From Octopus vulgaris (taxonomy: Eukaryota), in assembly GCA_951406725.2 (NCBI GenBank), contig OX597829.1, positions 9,424,001 to 9,488,000 of the forward strand: a stretch of 64,000 bases of DNA, in the 5' to 3' direction. The position numbers and the translations under genes are program-made. Below the pieces are notes generated by a model. The model made no database searches and was not told where the DNA came from. It saw only the letters and a list, made by a program, of their open reading frames with translations. Shown here piece after piece: positions 13,559 through 27,623 of this stretch (positions are counted from its first letter, which is position 1; each line of letters opens with the position of its first letter).

Positions 13559-13939
13559 TACATATGTGTGTGTGTGTGTGAGGGAGAGAGAGAACCTGTA
13601 TATGAAGTATTTCTCTCTCTGTCTATCTCTGTATATTATACATAAATACATACATACATGTACACACACACACAAACACATACACACACACACACACACG
13701 ATAGCCGTCTGCCAACTTCTACCTGCAGAAAATTTTCAATGTGCTGTACAATGACATAGAACCCAGATCCATGTGATTCCGAAGCCATCTTGCTAACCAC
13801 ACAACCATATAAGCATGTATATCAATTCAAGTGTGTATATGTATATAACAATTTAAGTATTTATTTATTTGTTCATTCAATTATTATTATTTTTTTTTTT
13901 CGTGACTATTGAATATACGAGATTTCTAAACCGAATCAT

Positions 13940-14365
13940 TATTCTTTTACTTGTTTCAGTCATTTGATTGTGGCCATGCTGGAGCACTGCTTTTAGTCGA
14001 GCAAGTCGACCCCAGGACTTATTCTTTGTAAGCCTAGTACTTATTCTATCGGTCTCTTTTGCTGAACCGCTATGTTACGGGGACGTAAGCACACCAGCAT
14101 CAGTTGTCAAGCGATGTTGGGGGACAAACACAGAGAGACACAAACACACACACACATATACACACATATATATATATATATATACATACATATACATATA
14201 TACGACGGGCTTCTTTCAGTTTCCCTCTACCAAATCCACTCACAAGGCTTTGGTCAGCCTGAGGCTATAGCAGAAGACACTTGCCCAAGGTGCCATGCAG
14301 TGGGACTGAACCCGGAACCATGTGGTTTGTAAGCAAGCTACTTACCACAGCCACTCCTACGCCTA
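13940..14365 (-). mobile_element. SINE family A, full length
   Basis: Head taggcgtaggagtggctgtggtaagtagcttgcttac, CORE-like ggcaccttgggcaagtgtctt, and tail gactgaaacaagtaaaaga, all on the minus strand. Confidence 0.9.
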
Positions 14366-14741
14366 TTATTATTTAATTTCAAAAAGAATCCATATTAACA
14401 AGAACCGCAGCATTAAATAAGATTCTCTTTTCTTTCTATGACATAATGTAAGCTTTCCTCTTGATTTTGATCCGTTGGTGCTACCATACTTAGTATTATT
14501 CAAAGCAGAATACATGCCATTATCCATTATTAAGTCGTTTCCGTCACCATGCCTCGTCGCTCCCTGCTCAATGCCCGCTCGTCACTCGTTGGTTTCTTGT
14601 CCGTTGTCTACGCTATTCTATTCTATCCTATACTATCCTAATTGTTACGTATATCGCGACGAATAACTTGAAAATTTTCCGGTCAACTGGTTAGCCTGAC
14701 TTACTCATTTTCACTCCTCGCTCCAGTCAACTTTTACAGCT

Positions 14742-14776
<35 letters not shown>

Positions 14777-14881
14777 AGAAGAAGAAGAAGAAGAAGAAGA
14801 AGAAGAAAAAAAAAGAAGAAGAAGAAGAAGAAGAAGAAGAAGAAGAAGAAGAAGAAGAAGAAGAAGAAGAAGAAGAAGAGG
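14742..14881. repeat. (GAA)n microsatellite
   Basis: Directly visible. Confidence 0.95.
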
Positions 14882-15947
14882 AATATCATTATATCTCCTG
14901 TTAACATGCAATGAATCAATTAATTAATGAATTAATGGGTTAAGTACCGACCGATATTACCTGGTTTCTCTGCTGTTGTTTCTCGCCAACTCTCATCACC
15001 ACCACCCACCCACATACACACCCAGTCCAACCTGATCCTCCTTCAAACCATCGTTCAACTCATTCCAATTGCTATTTTCGTCTGGTTTTGGATATATAAG
15101 TGTAGCCTTCGACAAAACATAAGTTTAGTCTCCACAATATGTGTTGTCCGTGTGTCTCTACCCCCACCCCGCCATACATTATTATCATCATGAGACAACC
15201 AGGGAGCCTAAAACTGTAACTCGGCTTGCTAGAAATAACAGCGAAATCATCCTTTAGTCACGTCCTGCTGTGTTTAATGAAAATAGAAGCAAACGAGGAA
15301 AAGTTTAGGACTCAGTTTGATATATTTGGGGGTGTCCAGGTGGTTATTTCCGACATACCCCTTCCCCTACAACTGGTGGCCCTGTGTCGAAACTTGAAAC
15401 CCTTCTTATGATTTTATTGACACTCGAATATTTCCTTTGAAATTTCCAGAGAATTACCAAATAGGAGGGTCTTCTGTCAAGGGAAATCATAATTAGTTAT
15501 TAATGTCAACTCTTCAAGACAACTTATGCTTCTCACTCCATTGAGAACTATATCCTCTACCATTTCTTCTTCTACCTTTTTTTCTTCTTCTGATCTTCCT
15601 CTTCCTCCACCTCAGCATCCTCCCATTCTCATTCTGACCCCTTCCTTCTTTCAACATTATTGTTTTATTTCTAACACGTTGCATGAATCCAGTGCCACAC
15701 ACCTCGGAAAGCATCGTCCATGATCAGTGTCGTACGACACTTTGCACTTCTTTTTTCTCCATTTGCTCCTACAATTTACTATTTTCCAAGAACTACATAA
15801 TCCAGCTAAAATATTCTCAAGAATGAAATATTCTTGTACCGATTGTAACGTTATTCTCAAGAATAACAGCGGAGAGAGACTAGAGAAATTAAGCAAAACA
15901 AAACAACAATTAAAAAATTAAACACCAGATCACTTTAGATTATTTAT

Positions 15948-16345
15948 ATAGGTGCAGGAGTGGCTGTGTGGTAAGTAGCTTGCTTAACAACCACATGGTT
16001 CAGTCCCACTATTTGACACCTTGGGCAAGTGTCTTCTTCTATAGTCTCGGGCCGATCAAAGCGTTGTGAGTGGATTTGGTTGACGGAAACTGAAAGAAGC
16101 CCGTCGTATATATGAATATATATGTGTGTGTGTCTGTGTTTGTCCACCTAACATCGCTTGATAACCGATGCTGGTGTATTTACGTCCCTGTAACTTAGCG
16201 GTTGGATAAAAGAGACCGATAGAATAAGTACATGGCTTACAAAGAATAAGTCCTGGGGGTCATTTTGTTCGACTAACAGTAGTGCTCCAGCATGGCCACA
16301 GTCAAAACAATTGAAACAAATAAAAGAATAAAAGAGTAAAAGAAT
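15948..16345 (+). mobile_element. SINE family A, near full length
   Basis: ggtgcaggagtggctgtgtggtaagtagcttgctt...ggttcagtccc...caccttgggcaagtgtctt...(AT/GT)n...gcatggccacagtc...gtaaaagaa. Confidence 0.9.
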
Positions 16346-16967
16346 TCTGATGAGAAAGTGCGTCACTTTTGTTTTATAATGTAACTTCGGCTTCACAGAA
16401 GCTGAAGAGATTGAAAGAGGTCGAAACTGGAATGCTTTGATTAACTAAGCATATTTACTCCCACGTTATTTCACTAATTCTCTAACTCTCTCTCTCTCTC
16501 TCTCCCTTTCTCTCTCTCTCTCTCGCTCACTCTCTCTCACTCTCTCCTACTCTGTTATTCTCTCTTCTTTGTGTGCGTATGTTTACCTTTCTTCAGCTTT
16601 CCTCCTCTCTCTCCCTCTCTCTCTCTTAGTCTCCTTTTGATTCTCGGTATCTGTTTCTCTCTCCTCCCTCTCCCCCTCGTTCGCCCAGTCTCTTTAACTT
16701 AATCCCTGGGTTTAGTTAATAGCTGCAAGATCAAAATGGCTTTACATTTTTCACACGCACAGTTAACCAAACATTAATCAATAATTTCCTACATTGACAC
16801 AGCTCAAAGAACAGTGGGTGTGGTGGATATGGTGGTACTGGTGGCGGTGGGGGTGGGTGGCAAAGGAGGGTAAAGTCAACTGAATCAAATCAGTATATAT
16901 CCTAATCATGCGCCGTACACTTTACCGCAGCATTTACGACCGCATTCTTTCTCTGAGAGAGAGAAGG

Positions 16968-17022
<55 letters not shown>

Positions 17023-17438
17023 AGAGCGAAGGAACGTTGCAAGTGGTCGACCGCCGCTTTCTGGCTGCATAGCGCAGCCGATTACGAAAAGGGGAGAGTG
17101 GGAAAGGGGAACAGAAAGTGAGCAGTCAACTTAAAAAACACAACTAGAATTTAATTTATTAACCCCGAGAGGATGAAAGACAATGCTGACCTCGGCAGAA
17201 TTTGATCTCAGGGTGCAGAGAGCAGAACAATTATCGCAAGGCATTTTATTGGATGCTATAATGAATCGACCACTTCACCTCATCTGTTACTGTGTTCTTT
17301 TGTAATAACCCAAGGAAATGAAAGACAATATCAGAATAAATGATATTTGAACTGCTGACGCAAGTTACAATCCCACTGACGCGCATTATTTACATTATTT
17401 ACATTCGACGGATATTTGTCCTCTTCTTGTTTGTTGTT

Positions 17439-17484
17439 AACACAACGTTTCGGCTGATATATCTTCCAGCCTTCATCAGGTGTC
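17439..17484 (-). ncRNA. Minimal type I hammerhead ribozyme (canonical C3-G8)
   Basis: Reverse-complement copy of 17534-17579. Confidence 0.8.
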
Positions 17485-17533
17485 TGGGGAAAATTTCGAA
17501 CCTGGGTTCTCATTCCTAAGGTATTTTCCCTAA

Positions 17534-17579
17534 GACACCTGATGAAGGCTGGAAGATATATCAGCCGAAACGTTGTGTT
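17534..17579 (+). ncRNA. Minimal type I hammerhead ribozyme (canonical C3-G8)
   Basis: ACAC-CTGATGA-A-GGCTG(gaagatatat)CAGCC-GAAA-CG-TT-GTGT gives stems I and II, a palindromic stem III (ACGT) and a GUU cleavage triplet. Confidence 0.8.
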
Positions 17580-19329
17580 AACAACAAACAAGATAAGGAC
17601 AAATATCCGTCGAATGTAAATAATGTAAATAATGTGCATAATTCCTCATCTCTCAAATATAAACCTGTACCACTTACGATGTTTTGACGATTCTGACGCT
17701 TCATTACAGTCAACTAAAAGAGCCTCTACGTGGTCATTCGGCTTGCAAGAAATGGCAGCCAAATCTGACAATTTAAATTCTAGTACCACAGACAAACGAT
17801 ATGCTACACAATTAAATCAATGATTGTACTAAAATACGCGATGGCCACGACTAGAATGCGTTTTTATTTCGGGTCTGAAATGTTTGACAACTAATGGTGG
17901 AGCCGCGAAATAGTAGCTAAATAGCCTTCTAATACATACTTCAGTTTTGAAAAAAAAAATGAAAGGTCACAACAGAAAAGAAATCCTGGATGTATAAAAG
18001 ATAGAACTTATTTAAAAAATAAGATAGGGTGGCCATGATAGGAACATCTTTGATCATAGATTTGTTCATTCAGAGCTGAATAACGAAGTACATTTACTGA
18101 AGCAACACATAAATAAATCTTTTCTATATTTGGTTTTTTCTGACCTGAGAGAATATTAATCTTCTTTCTAATGTCGTGTTACGGCAAAAAAATTGGCGTG
18201 TGAGAGAGTCATGCTGGAATGCTCAGTGCAGATTTGATCATTAGATATCATGATATCACCGAGGAATATGTGTGTTTGTGTGTTTTATTTGTTTCTTTCA
18301 TTAGACTTAGTCCATGCTGTGGCACCACCCTGAAAGATTTTGATGTAGCAACCCCGTACTTTTTAAGCCTGTTCTATCGATTCCTTTTGCCGAACCAGTT
18401 GTGAAGTGGTAGTGGAAAGCACACACACATAACGGGTTTCCGTCGACCAAACTCTTCTCACACGGTTTTGGTCGGCTCGAGGCTTATAGCTGAAGACATG
18501 GCCAGGTAACTGAACCCAGAATCATGTGGTTGAGAAGTGAACTTTTTACCATATAGCCGCGTGCGCTTTGCTAATTTTATTCATTATTGAATATGCTAAA
18601 TTTGCCATGCTTTAGATGGAAACACTTTACGCCATCGGATATATCAGAAAATTGGCAGAGTTGTTAGAACTCTCCAAGACTAGGTGACTTCTGGAGCTAA
18701 CGTCACCAATTATTTGACACAACGGTGAAGCCACAGGAAGAAGCTGTCAACTGACACTAAGGCCCATTTTTATACAACACGTAGCGCTGTAGAAATGAAT
18801 ATTGCCAACTACGAAATCTACACTGCTTCCCTTTCATAATTGGTTCATAATTTTCTTCATTGACCTCGAGAAGATGGGTGCCAAACTCATACTCGGATTT
18901 GACCTCAAAAACGTAAATGGATGCAAGACAACGGCGCAAAGAATTTTGTCCAGCGTCCTGCCTAATCTGGCATCCACAGCTTTTCTGCTCTCTTCTAAAT
19001 AGCATGATGAATAAATATGCCGAGTGTACACACAGCTATGGCGCTGGTCATGAACTTTTAGCAACATCAGTAGAACTCAAGTCGTGGGTATGCTCTCTGA
19101 ATTTTGAAAACATATTTCCTTATAATAATTAACATTTAATCTTGTCATTAATGCATTTCATTAATTAGCTATTCGCATGCTAATTGAAACCACATTTTCA
19201 TTTTAGTTTAATGTGAAATGATACAATCACTTTACATTTATGCTTCCATTTGCAATTTATACATATTTTCCATCTCAACAATTTTTTTTAGATGGATCAA
19301 CATTCTAGAAATAAGAGAGGGAGAGAGAG

Positions 19330-19550
19330 GGGAGGGAGAATTCCATGATGACGGTGATTAATTCAACTTTTGTCTGGATAGAAAGGAGGAGCATGTGGTT
19401 AAAAATCAAATCGATGTGAGACAAATCTGGGGGATTCGAAGCTAAACAATCACAGTTATGTTTTCCCAGTGCTAGTACATAGCTCCAGATATTATCAACT
19501 TTAATATGGAACTCGCATATGACTACAACAGCTCTATCACTAAAGCCTTT
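19330..19550 (-). mobile_element. Possible decayed APE endonuclease fragment of an RTE-type LINE
   Basis: RAVVVICEFHIKVDNIWSYVLALGKHNCDCLASN resembles IILGDFNARVG...W.GVLGKHG.G..NSN. Weak. Confidence 0.35.
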
Positions 19551-21067
19551 GTATATATATATGTGTGTGTGTGTGTGTTTGAATCTCGGAGTTAATAAAG
19601 TTCTTGCTGTGTTTTTCAGTTGATTGCTTTCTCTCTCCTCACTATCCCTTTCTCTTTCTCTTCTCTCCCCCTCTCTCTTCTCTCCCCTTCTCTCTTCTCT
19701 CTCTCTCACTATCCCTCTCTCTCCCTCTCTCCTTCTCTCCCTCTCTCTTTCATAATCGGCTGAGCTGTGCTGTCAGAAACAACGAGTTATATAAGTATAT
19801 ATACATACATACATATATATATATGTATATATATATATATATGTATATATACACACACAAATACAATATGTATGCATGTATGTATGTCCGTATGTATGTA
19901 TGTATTTGTCTTTATTGTAGTAATACTCTTTGCAAAGTGAAGTGGATATATTGGCAATTTCTCAAGGAATCACTGGAGCGTCTAAATTCAAATATTATTC
20001 GGGATTCGTTCCGGATCTCTGCTCTCCGACTTCAGACAATGCCCTCGGCGACTACACTACGTTATGCCGGAGTCGATAAATAAAGAATCACATTTCGAGA
20101 CGGGACGTTAGTGGAGTTAGTAAAGCACCAGACAATATTCTTGCAGTTATTACATTTCTCAATGTTCTTAATTCATATTTCTCTTGAGATTTAAAGAGTC
20201 AGTAATCTTTGCCCTCTTTCTCTCACTCCCTTTCTGTTTCTCGCTCTCGCTCTCTCGGATTACATCATGGGACCAGCGATGCATTATCATTTCTTCTGAG
20301 AACTTTGTTAAATCTGAAATTTCCATCTCTGTAACAACATTGCCATATCTGACTGCTTTGACGCTGATTCTTATAGCCATTATTCTGTATTCATATTTCG
20401 CTTGAGATTTAAATCACCAACGCTTCATCCTCTGGCAGAAGACGTGAAGGCCAACTGACATAGAGTTGGAGATATTGCTCAGGTTTTTCTCTGCAGCCCG
20501 GATGGTTTACCATCATCTTGGCATCAATGTTCCGTGAACACTGTAACTTTGACTGCTGCAGTTCCAGTTCCACAGTTTCGGTGCGAATCAGACTTGTGAC
20601 ACTTTCCTTTACGTTGATCAAACTCACCAACGAAGAAATCCAGTGTTTCAAAATTTCTGACAGCAACTATGACGAAGATGCCTCTGATCATAAAACATGT
20701 GGCGTACACGTTTTTTTTTTCTTTTCTTATAGCATATCATTGATAGAAGCTAAAGATCCTGTAATTGGCAGAAGAGATAGGATACCAGACAAAAGGTTTT
20801 GTGACATTTAGCAATGAATTTTAAATTTCTAGATTCAAATCCCGTCTTTTCTTGTGTTGTTTTCTTAAAATAAATAATGAGCTGCATGTATATATTTCCG
20901 AAAATAAATATGGCTGCAGCTTACGAGGAGATACTCAAAAGTATCCGAAAACGTTGATAGGGGTAAATTTCACAATGAATTATCAATTCACGTAAAGTTT
21001 ATATAGATAGACGGTTTAATTTAACGTGTTTATAAAACAGTCGATGAGGGTTTCTTCATGTTTAGCA

Positions 21068-21147
<80 letters not shown>

Positions 21148-21761
21148 GAATTTTTAAAAAATCTTATAATTTTCTCATTTTTGAAATCTTTTAAATTTTG
21201 TAAAAATATATTGGTAAGTTATATATCTATATCTATCTATCTCTCTCTCTATATATATATATATATTTATTTATTTACTTATTCTTATTTTTAATGAAGA
21301 TATTTTAGAATTTTTAGGATTAAGTTGGATTCGTTAAAAATAATAATAATAATGATAATAATAATAATAAGAGGAAAGTAGCCTGAGAATGCACTGGTAT
21401 AGCTTGGTAAAACAAAACCACCAGCGTTGAATACGTGTAGCGTTGATTAATATTATCTTAGGTAAGGTATATAATATTTTTTTAAATATATTTAAATAAT
21501 TTATATTCAATTCTAATGTACTTTATTCTTATTGTACGTTAAAGTAGGCTTTAAAATGCTTATATTATTAGATTAGTATTTTAGATATAATTTTCTGTGT
21601 ACTGCAGTAAATAGGGTCGTCCTGAAAAGGAAGTTGCAAAATCCCAAATTTGTAATAATAATATTATAATTTATGCTGTTTGCCTTGCATTAGTAAAGTA
21701 TAACATAGTAAATATCCTGAAAACCTGGAATAATTATTATTCCCTAAGGTTTTTTAAAATA

Positions 21762-21815
<54 letters not shown>

Positions 21816-21818
<3 letters not shown>

Positions 21819-22770
21819 AATTAAAAAAGGAAAATACGCACACTTATATAGTTTTTATTTAATTTTTAATATATCGACCGGTTTCGCTATCGCTATTCAT
21901 GATATTATATTTTACTTATTTGAATATATATTTTTTCTTAAGAAGAAATTTTGTCCATGTTGTGTGTGATGAAATTCACGAGTGAATGACTTCACAAGTA
22001 GATAAATAAGGGGAGGTCATTGGTTGTCGTTATTATTGTTATTGTTGTGGATAAGGGAGATAATTGTCCAGCTTTCGGTAATGGGTGGGGATTATATATG
22101 TGTACAGACAGAGACAAGTTTCAAAGACCTTGTTAAGTAGGGGATGTATGTACAGTGATGTAATCGTGAATTGAAATATGTAAAAAAATATAAGTTGGTT
22201 ATGCGTGCATATTAAGAGATGTTTTGTAATTTTTAATTGAAAAAGTTTCTTTATTTAAACGTTCTAGTTGAGAGATTGCGTCTTTGCACTGGTAGAAAGG
22301 GAAGACAGAGAAATTTGGTTTGATGTTACCTACACATTTTTCTATGTGTTCACTAAGAGAAATTTGTCAGTATTGCGGGAAACGGATTTGCTCTTTATGT
22401 AGAGTGTTTCTCTTTCTCAAGGTCATACTCATTTGTCCAATATAGTTGTGTCCGCAACCCGTGCAGGTTATTACATAAATTAGGTTCTCAGGGGGACAAG
22501 TGAAAATAGTTTTAATTGTGAACCTCTGTCCTTGTTTGAAAAGGAAATCCGAGCCTTCAAGCATGTTGGGGCAGGTTCCACAGTTTGGCGTCCACATTTT
22601 TCAACCGTTGGTTTCGTGGTTGTTTTGTAAAGCTTCGCATTTGTTAGTAATCTCTTTAGCGATTTGTCTTGTTTTTTGCATTTGATGAGTTTGTGTGTTT
22701 TCAGGATGTCGTTCATTTTTGGATCTCTAGTTAGTAAAGGAAAAGTTTCCACAATAGTGTTGAATGCCTC
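21816..22770 (-). mobile_element. Inverted copy of the 3' ~950 bp of the Penelope-like element
   Basis: Reverse complement of 25530-26477. ORFs 22367-22597(-) and 25703-25933(+) translate identically. Confidence 0.95.
21871..21905 (-). ncRNA. Minimal hammerhead ribozyme, A3-U8 variant
   Basis: Exact reverse complement of 26388-26422. Confidence 0.7.
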
Positions 22771-25700
22771 AAAACAACACATATTGAAAAACAATATCCA
22801 CCCTCACTTATTGTCGACAATTAGACACAAAAACACTAAGAACAACAAAACATAACACCATACCTCAACTCAAAACATTACTATTTATATCAACACAAAA
22901 CCCTAGAAACTGTGAGGCATTCAACTCTATTATGCAAACTCTTCCTTTAAATGATAAAAAATAACAATAAAGCAGAAATTTACGAAAAATGGATTAACTC
23001 AACACCTTTAATTCTACCACGCAAGTTTCAAATTAAACCAATCCCAGAAGAACCAGAGCAGCAAAGAAAACTTAGGGAGAAAATAGCATTAGAAAAAATA
23101 AAAATAGAAATTGAGTTACTCAAACTCAGAGCATCGAATAACGAACAAAAATACAAAAAGATCGATGAGGAAATGCACATCGATCTCACTAAACATACTG
23201 AGGAACAACTTTTGGAAGTATTTTAAAATTATGGAAAGACAACTGTGAGACGGAAGAAATAAACTCTCTGCAACGATGGGGAAACAGTATTAACTTCTTC
23301 CTCAATTATGAAACTCAATTCAAAAGAGACTACACTTCAGATAACCCCTTCCTTATAAAAATCCAGAACAAATGCATCTACACAAATAAATACACATCCA
23401 CCTAGATCAAACAATCAAAACCCAAAAAATACAAACACAGTAAAGTACCCCAATACCTAGAAGTAAACCATTCTCTATCTAATAACAGGAACTACCCACC
23501 TATTAGAAACACTAGAAGAAACCAGCCTAGATTAAGGAGTAGTAATTTTTTCTACCCAGCATCTAGAAATATACAAGAGATCCCCTTTACCCCTCAACGA
23601 AGAAACAACATAATTAAGCACCCCAAGAATTCATTCCAACGAAGAAATCCTAACCACGTTCTCCCAACCAGTTTACCCAGGCAACAACACCAACCCCCCC
23701 AACCCCCAGCCACCCGAATATAACAAGTACTAATAATACTGATTTAATTAATAACAATAATAACACCAAATATAAATTCTACCAACCGAACCTCAATCAA
23801 CATTTTTTAGACCAAGTGGAGAGAAACAGGGACACACATGGAACAAAACGTACAGGAGAAACCCAAAGTGATTAACTTATCAAGGAAAACTCTATACGTA
23901 ACAAAAATCAATATACTAGCCAAAGGTTTAAAGTTCACCCCAACCCTACGAAGATCTAACCATAATGAAATTAATGACAATATTCTGCAGAAAACTATAC
24001 CCGCAGAAGCACTAACTGGCTATGACAATGAAGATGAATCACTAGTCAAAAACAGAAGTAATTACCTTCCACATAAGGGTAGGAATAAAACACTGGATGA
24101 CTTCTGCAACCATATCCAAAATTTCCCCTACACATCCATTAAACGAAAAATTAATCCTAACCTCAACAATCTAGAATGGAAAAATCTGACTGAACTACAA
24201 AACGACAAAGACCTGACAATTAAAGAAGCTGACAAAGGAAGTGCTGTAGTTCTGATGGACACAGAACACTATTAAAAACTAGTACCATCCATTCTAGAAA
24301 ACGAGGCCTTCTACGAAAAAATTATAAACTATAAACAACAAAATACAATGAAAAATCTTGCATCCTTAATTCTTCTACATGGAAAAGGCCTGAGAGAAAA
24401 AGAAACAGACTACATCACGAACTTCAAATGTAAACCCAGTCTTTTTTACGGCCTCCCTAAAATACACAAAAGCAAGATAATCAATGAAGCCTGTAAACAG
24501 TCACCAGGCAAATATATAAATATCCAAACGCCAGAAGACGACTTTAAGACCCATTGTAGCTGGGCCGGCCTGTGAAACCCACCGCCTAAGCAATTTTCTA
24601 GACATCCTACTGAAACTCTTGCTGAAATACTTCAAAAGCTTCATTAGAGATGATTTAGATATGCTAGAACACCTACCAAAAACGATTAATGAAGAGGCAA
24701 CATTGGTTACCCTCGATGTTATCAATCTTTACACCAACATCCCCCACGACTATGGAATAAAAGCAATTAAATTCTGGTTGGAAAAAGTACCCCGAAGTCC
24801 TCCCGGAACGCATAAACCAGATCTTTATTATTGAATCCTTAAAATTTATACTTCAGAACAATTATTTCCTATTTGGTGACACATACTATCGTCAGAAATG
24901 CGGAATTGCGATGGGAACGAAAGCAGCTCCTGTTGTTGCGAACCTAATAATGGCTTATTTTGAATTCACCTTATATGAAATATCACTTCAGAAAAATTGT
25001 TACCCATTTTACCTCTACATAAGAGAAAATTGGAAGAGATACCTAGATGACTGCTCTATCATTTGGAAGGAGAATAACGACACAATTTTGGACTTCAAAT
25101 CAACACTAAATGATATAAATAGTAACATTCATTTCACAATGGAATATAACAAAGAGCAACTTCCATTTTTAGACATCATGATAAAAAAAAGTTAACAATG
25201 AAATCATAACTGACATTTATTATAAACCAACTGATTCAAAACAATATCTTCTCTTTAACTCATGCCGCCCGAAACACATCAAAATAAACATCCCTTTCAA
25301 TTTAGCAAAAAGGATTTGCACAATAGTGTCTGATAGAACAACTCGGGACCTTCGTCTTCAAGACCTTAAAACAACGTTTATTGAAAGACAATATCCACCC
25401 CCACTTATCGACGAGGAAATTAAACGTGCCGAACAAGTAGACACAAAAACACTAAGAACAACAAAACATAACACCACACCTCAACTCAAAACATTACTAT
25501 TTATATCAACACACAACCCCAGAAAAAGTTAGGCATTCAACACTATCGTGCAAACTTTTCCTTTACTAACTAGAGATCCAAAAATGAACGACATCCTGAA
25601 AACACACAAACTCATCAAATGCAAAAAGCAAGACAAATCGCTAAAGAGATTACTAACAAATGCGAAGCTTTACAAAACAACCACGAAACCAACGGTTGAA

Positions 25701-26520
25701 AAATGTGGACGCCAAACTGTGGAACCTGCCCCAACATGCTTGAAGGCTCGGATTTCCTTTTCAAACAAGGACAGAGGTTCACAATTAAGACTATTTTCAC
25801 TTGTCCCCCTGAGAACCTAATTTATGTAATAACCTGCACGGGTTGCGGACACAACTATATTGGACAAATGAGTATGACCTTGAGAAAGAGAAACACTCTA
25901 CATAAAGAGCAAATCCGTTTCCCGCAATACTGACAAATTTCTCTTAGTGAACACATAGAAAAATGTGCAGGTAATATCAAACCAAATTTCTCTGTCTTCC
26001 CTTTCTACCAGTGCAAAGACGCAATCTCTCAACTAGAACGTTTAAATAAAGAAACTTTTTCCATTAAAAAATACAAAACATCTCTTAATATGCACGCATA
26101 ACCAACTTATATTTGTTTACATATTTCAATTCACGATTACATCACTGTACATACATCCCCTACTAAACAAGGTCTTTGAAACTGTCTGTACACATATATA
26201 ATCCCCACCCATTACCGAAAGCTGGACAGTTATCTCCCTTACCCACAACAATAACAATAATAACGACAACCAATGACCTCCCCTTATTTATCTACTTGTG
26301 AAGTCATTCACTCGTGAATTTCATCACACACAACATGGACAAAATTTCTTCTTAAGAAAAAATATATATTCAAATAAGTAAAACATAATATCATGAATAG
26401 CGATAGCGAAACCGGTCGATATATTAAACATTATATAAAAACTATGTAAATGTGCGTATTTCCCTCTTTTAATTTCTTATATACATTACAACTCACCACG
26501 AGGGGATAACCGAAATTCAT
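22771..26520 (+). mobile_element. Penelope-like retroelement (RT + GIY-YIG), frameshifted
   Basis: Motifs in order: VINLS, LAKGLKFTP, IKEADKGSAVV, FYGLPKIHK, LDVINLYTNIP, MGTKAAP, RYLDD, LPFLD, a Cys linker (KCG..NCGTC) and LIYVITC..CGHNYIGQ. The Cys linker suggests Neptune type. Confidence 0.93.
26388..26422 (+). ncRNA. Minimal hammerhead ribozyme, A3-U8 variant
   Basis: ATATC-ATGAATA-GC(gata)GC-GAAA-CCGG-TC-GATAT: 5-bp stem I, 2-bp stem II, palindromic ACCGGT stem III and a GUC site, located in the PLE 3' UTR. Confidence 0.7.
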
Positions 26521-26630
26521 CTTTTCTGTTTCTACTATGTATGTATGTATGTATGTATGTATGTATGTATGTATGTATGTATGTATGTATGTATGTATGT
26601 ATCTATCTATCTATCTATCTTTCTATATAT

Positions 26631-26691
<61 letters not shown>

Positions 26692-27379
26692 AATACATAT
26701 ATGTTTTCCTCTTGAAATTTCGTTGCTTCTTGCGTGTACTCTGATTACCAAATCGCATTCTGCGTCAACAACTATTGAGAAGGTTGTAGGAAGCAACGAA
26801 AATTCTGGAAGAAAAAGAAATATATATATATGGCAAATGAAAGACGGAATATAGAATATACGAGAATGTATTATTAATCAATGACAAATGTTTCGACACA
26901 TCTGGCATCGATCCCTCAGCCAGTAAGCTACCAGATGTAAACCATTTGTTATATATATATATAATATGCATGAATTGAATGGAAATAGAACCGGTGAGGC
27001 GTAAAGACAAAATGTCTCTCCACAGGCCTAACAAATCACGCTTCAACACACAAATTCACATAAAGAATCTTGCAAACCAGGTACCAAAACGAAGTATTTT
27101 GCATTCGCTATCCTTACGCATTTCTGTGATTCCTGTGATGATTTCCGACGCTGTGCTACTTTAGCTGGTTTCATTTTTTGCTTTTCTTTTGAGAGATATT
27201 TCTTTCTTATCTCTTATACTTTCAGATTTGGTTTGCTTTCTTATCTTCCCTACATCACCTCTTGCTCATCACATGGCTTCAAGATGGCATGGTCAGGGAC
27301 GTGGTAATTTCCCTCTTCCTTCTAGGATGCGAGATTAAACTTAGATTAAGTTTAGGGTTAGGATTAGGGCTAGAGTCAC

Positions 27380-27583
27380 GAAATGAAACGCTCTTGGCTT
27401 TGGGTAAAAGACAAACAAGAGGATCAATTAGTTATGATTTTATTTAACATATTTCTCCTCTCAGATTCACACACTTATTGCCGTGGTCCTTCAGTTTTTC
27501 TAAACCATGTAAAAGAACTCTGAAGATTGGGTCTGCAACCAGGCCTTTCACGATGCCATTAAAGTCATTTCAGCACCACTTCT

Positions 27584-27585
<2 letters not shown>
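27380..27585 (-). mobile_element. Second, diverged copy of the mariner-derived MITE
   Basis: Minus strand aligns by eye to 13367-13558 (ttcttttaca.gg.ttagaa.aactgaaggacc...gcaataagt) and keeps GLEKLKDHGNKCVNLRGE. Confidence 0.65.

Positions 27586-27623
<38 letters not shown>

Larger units (their letters stand above)
17384..17670. mobile_element. Penelope-type pseudo-LTR end as an inverted repeat (~105 bp arms, ~37 nt spacer)
   Basis: 17384-17490 is the near-perfect reverse complement of 17528-17635, and each arm carries a hammerhead motif. Confidence 0.85.

Noticed and set aside
26870-26945. Hammerhead-like gtcGAAAcatttgTC with an extended stem on the minus strand
   Set aside because: The 5' core and stem I are missing, so it is a truncated remnant only.
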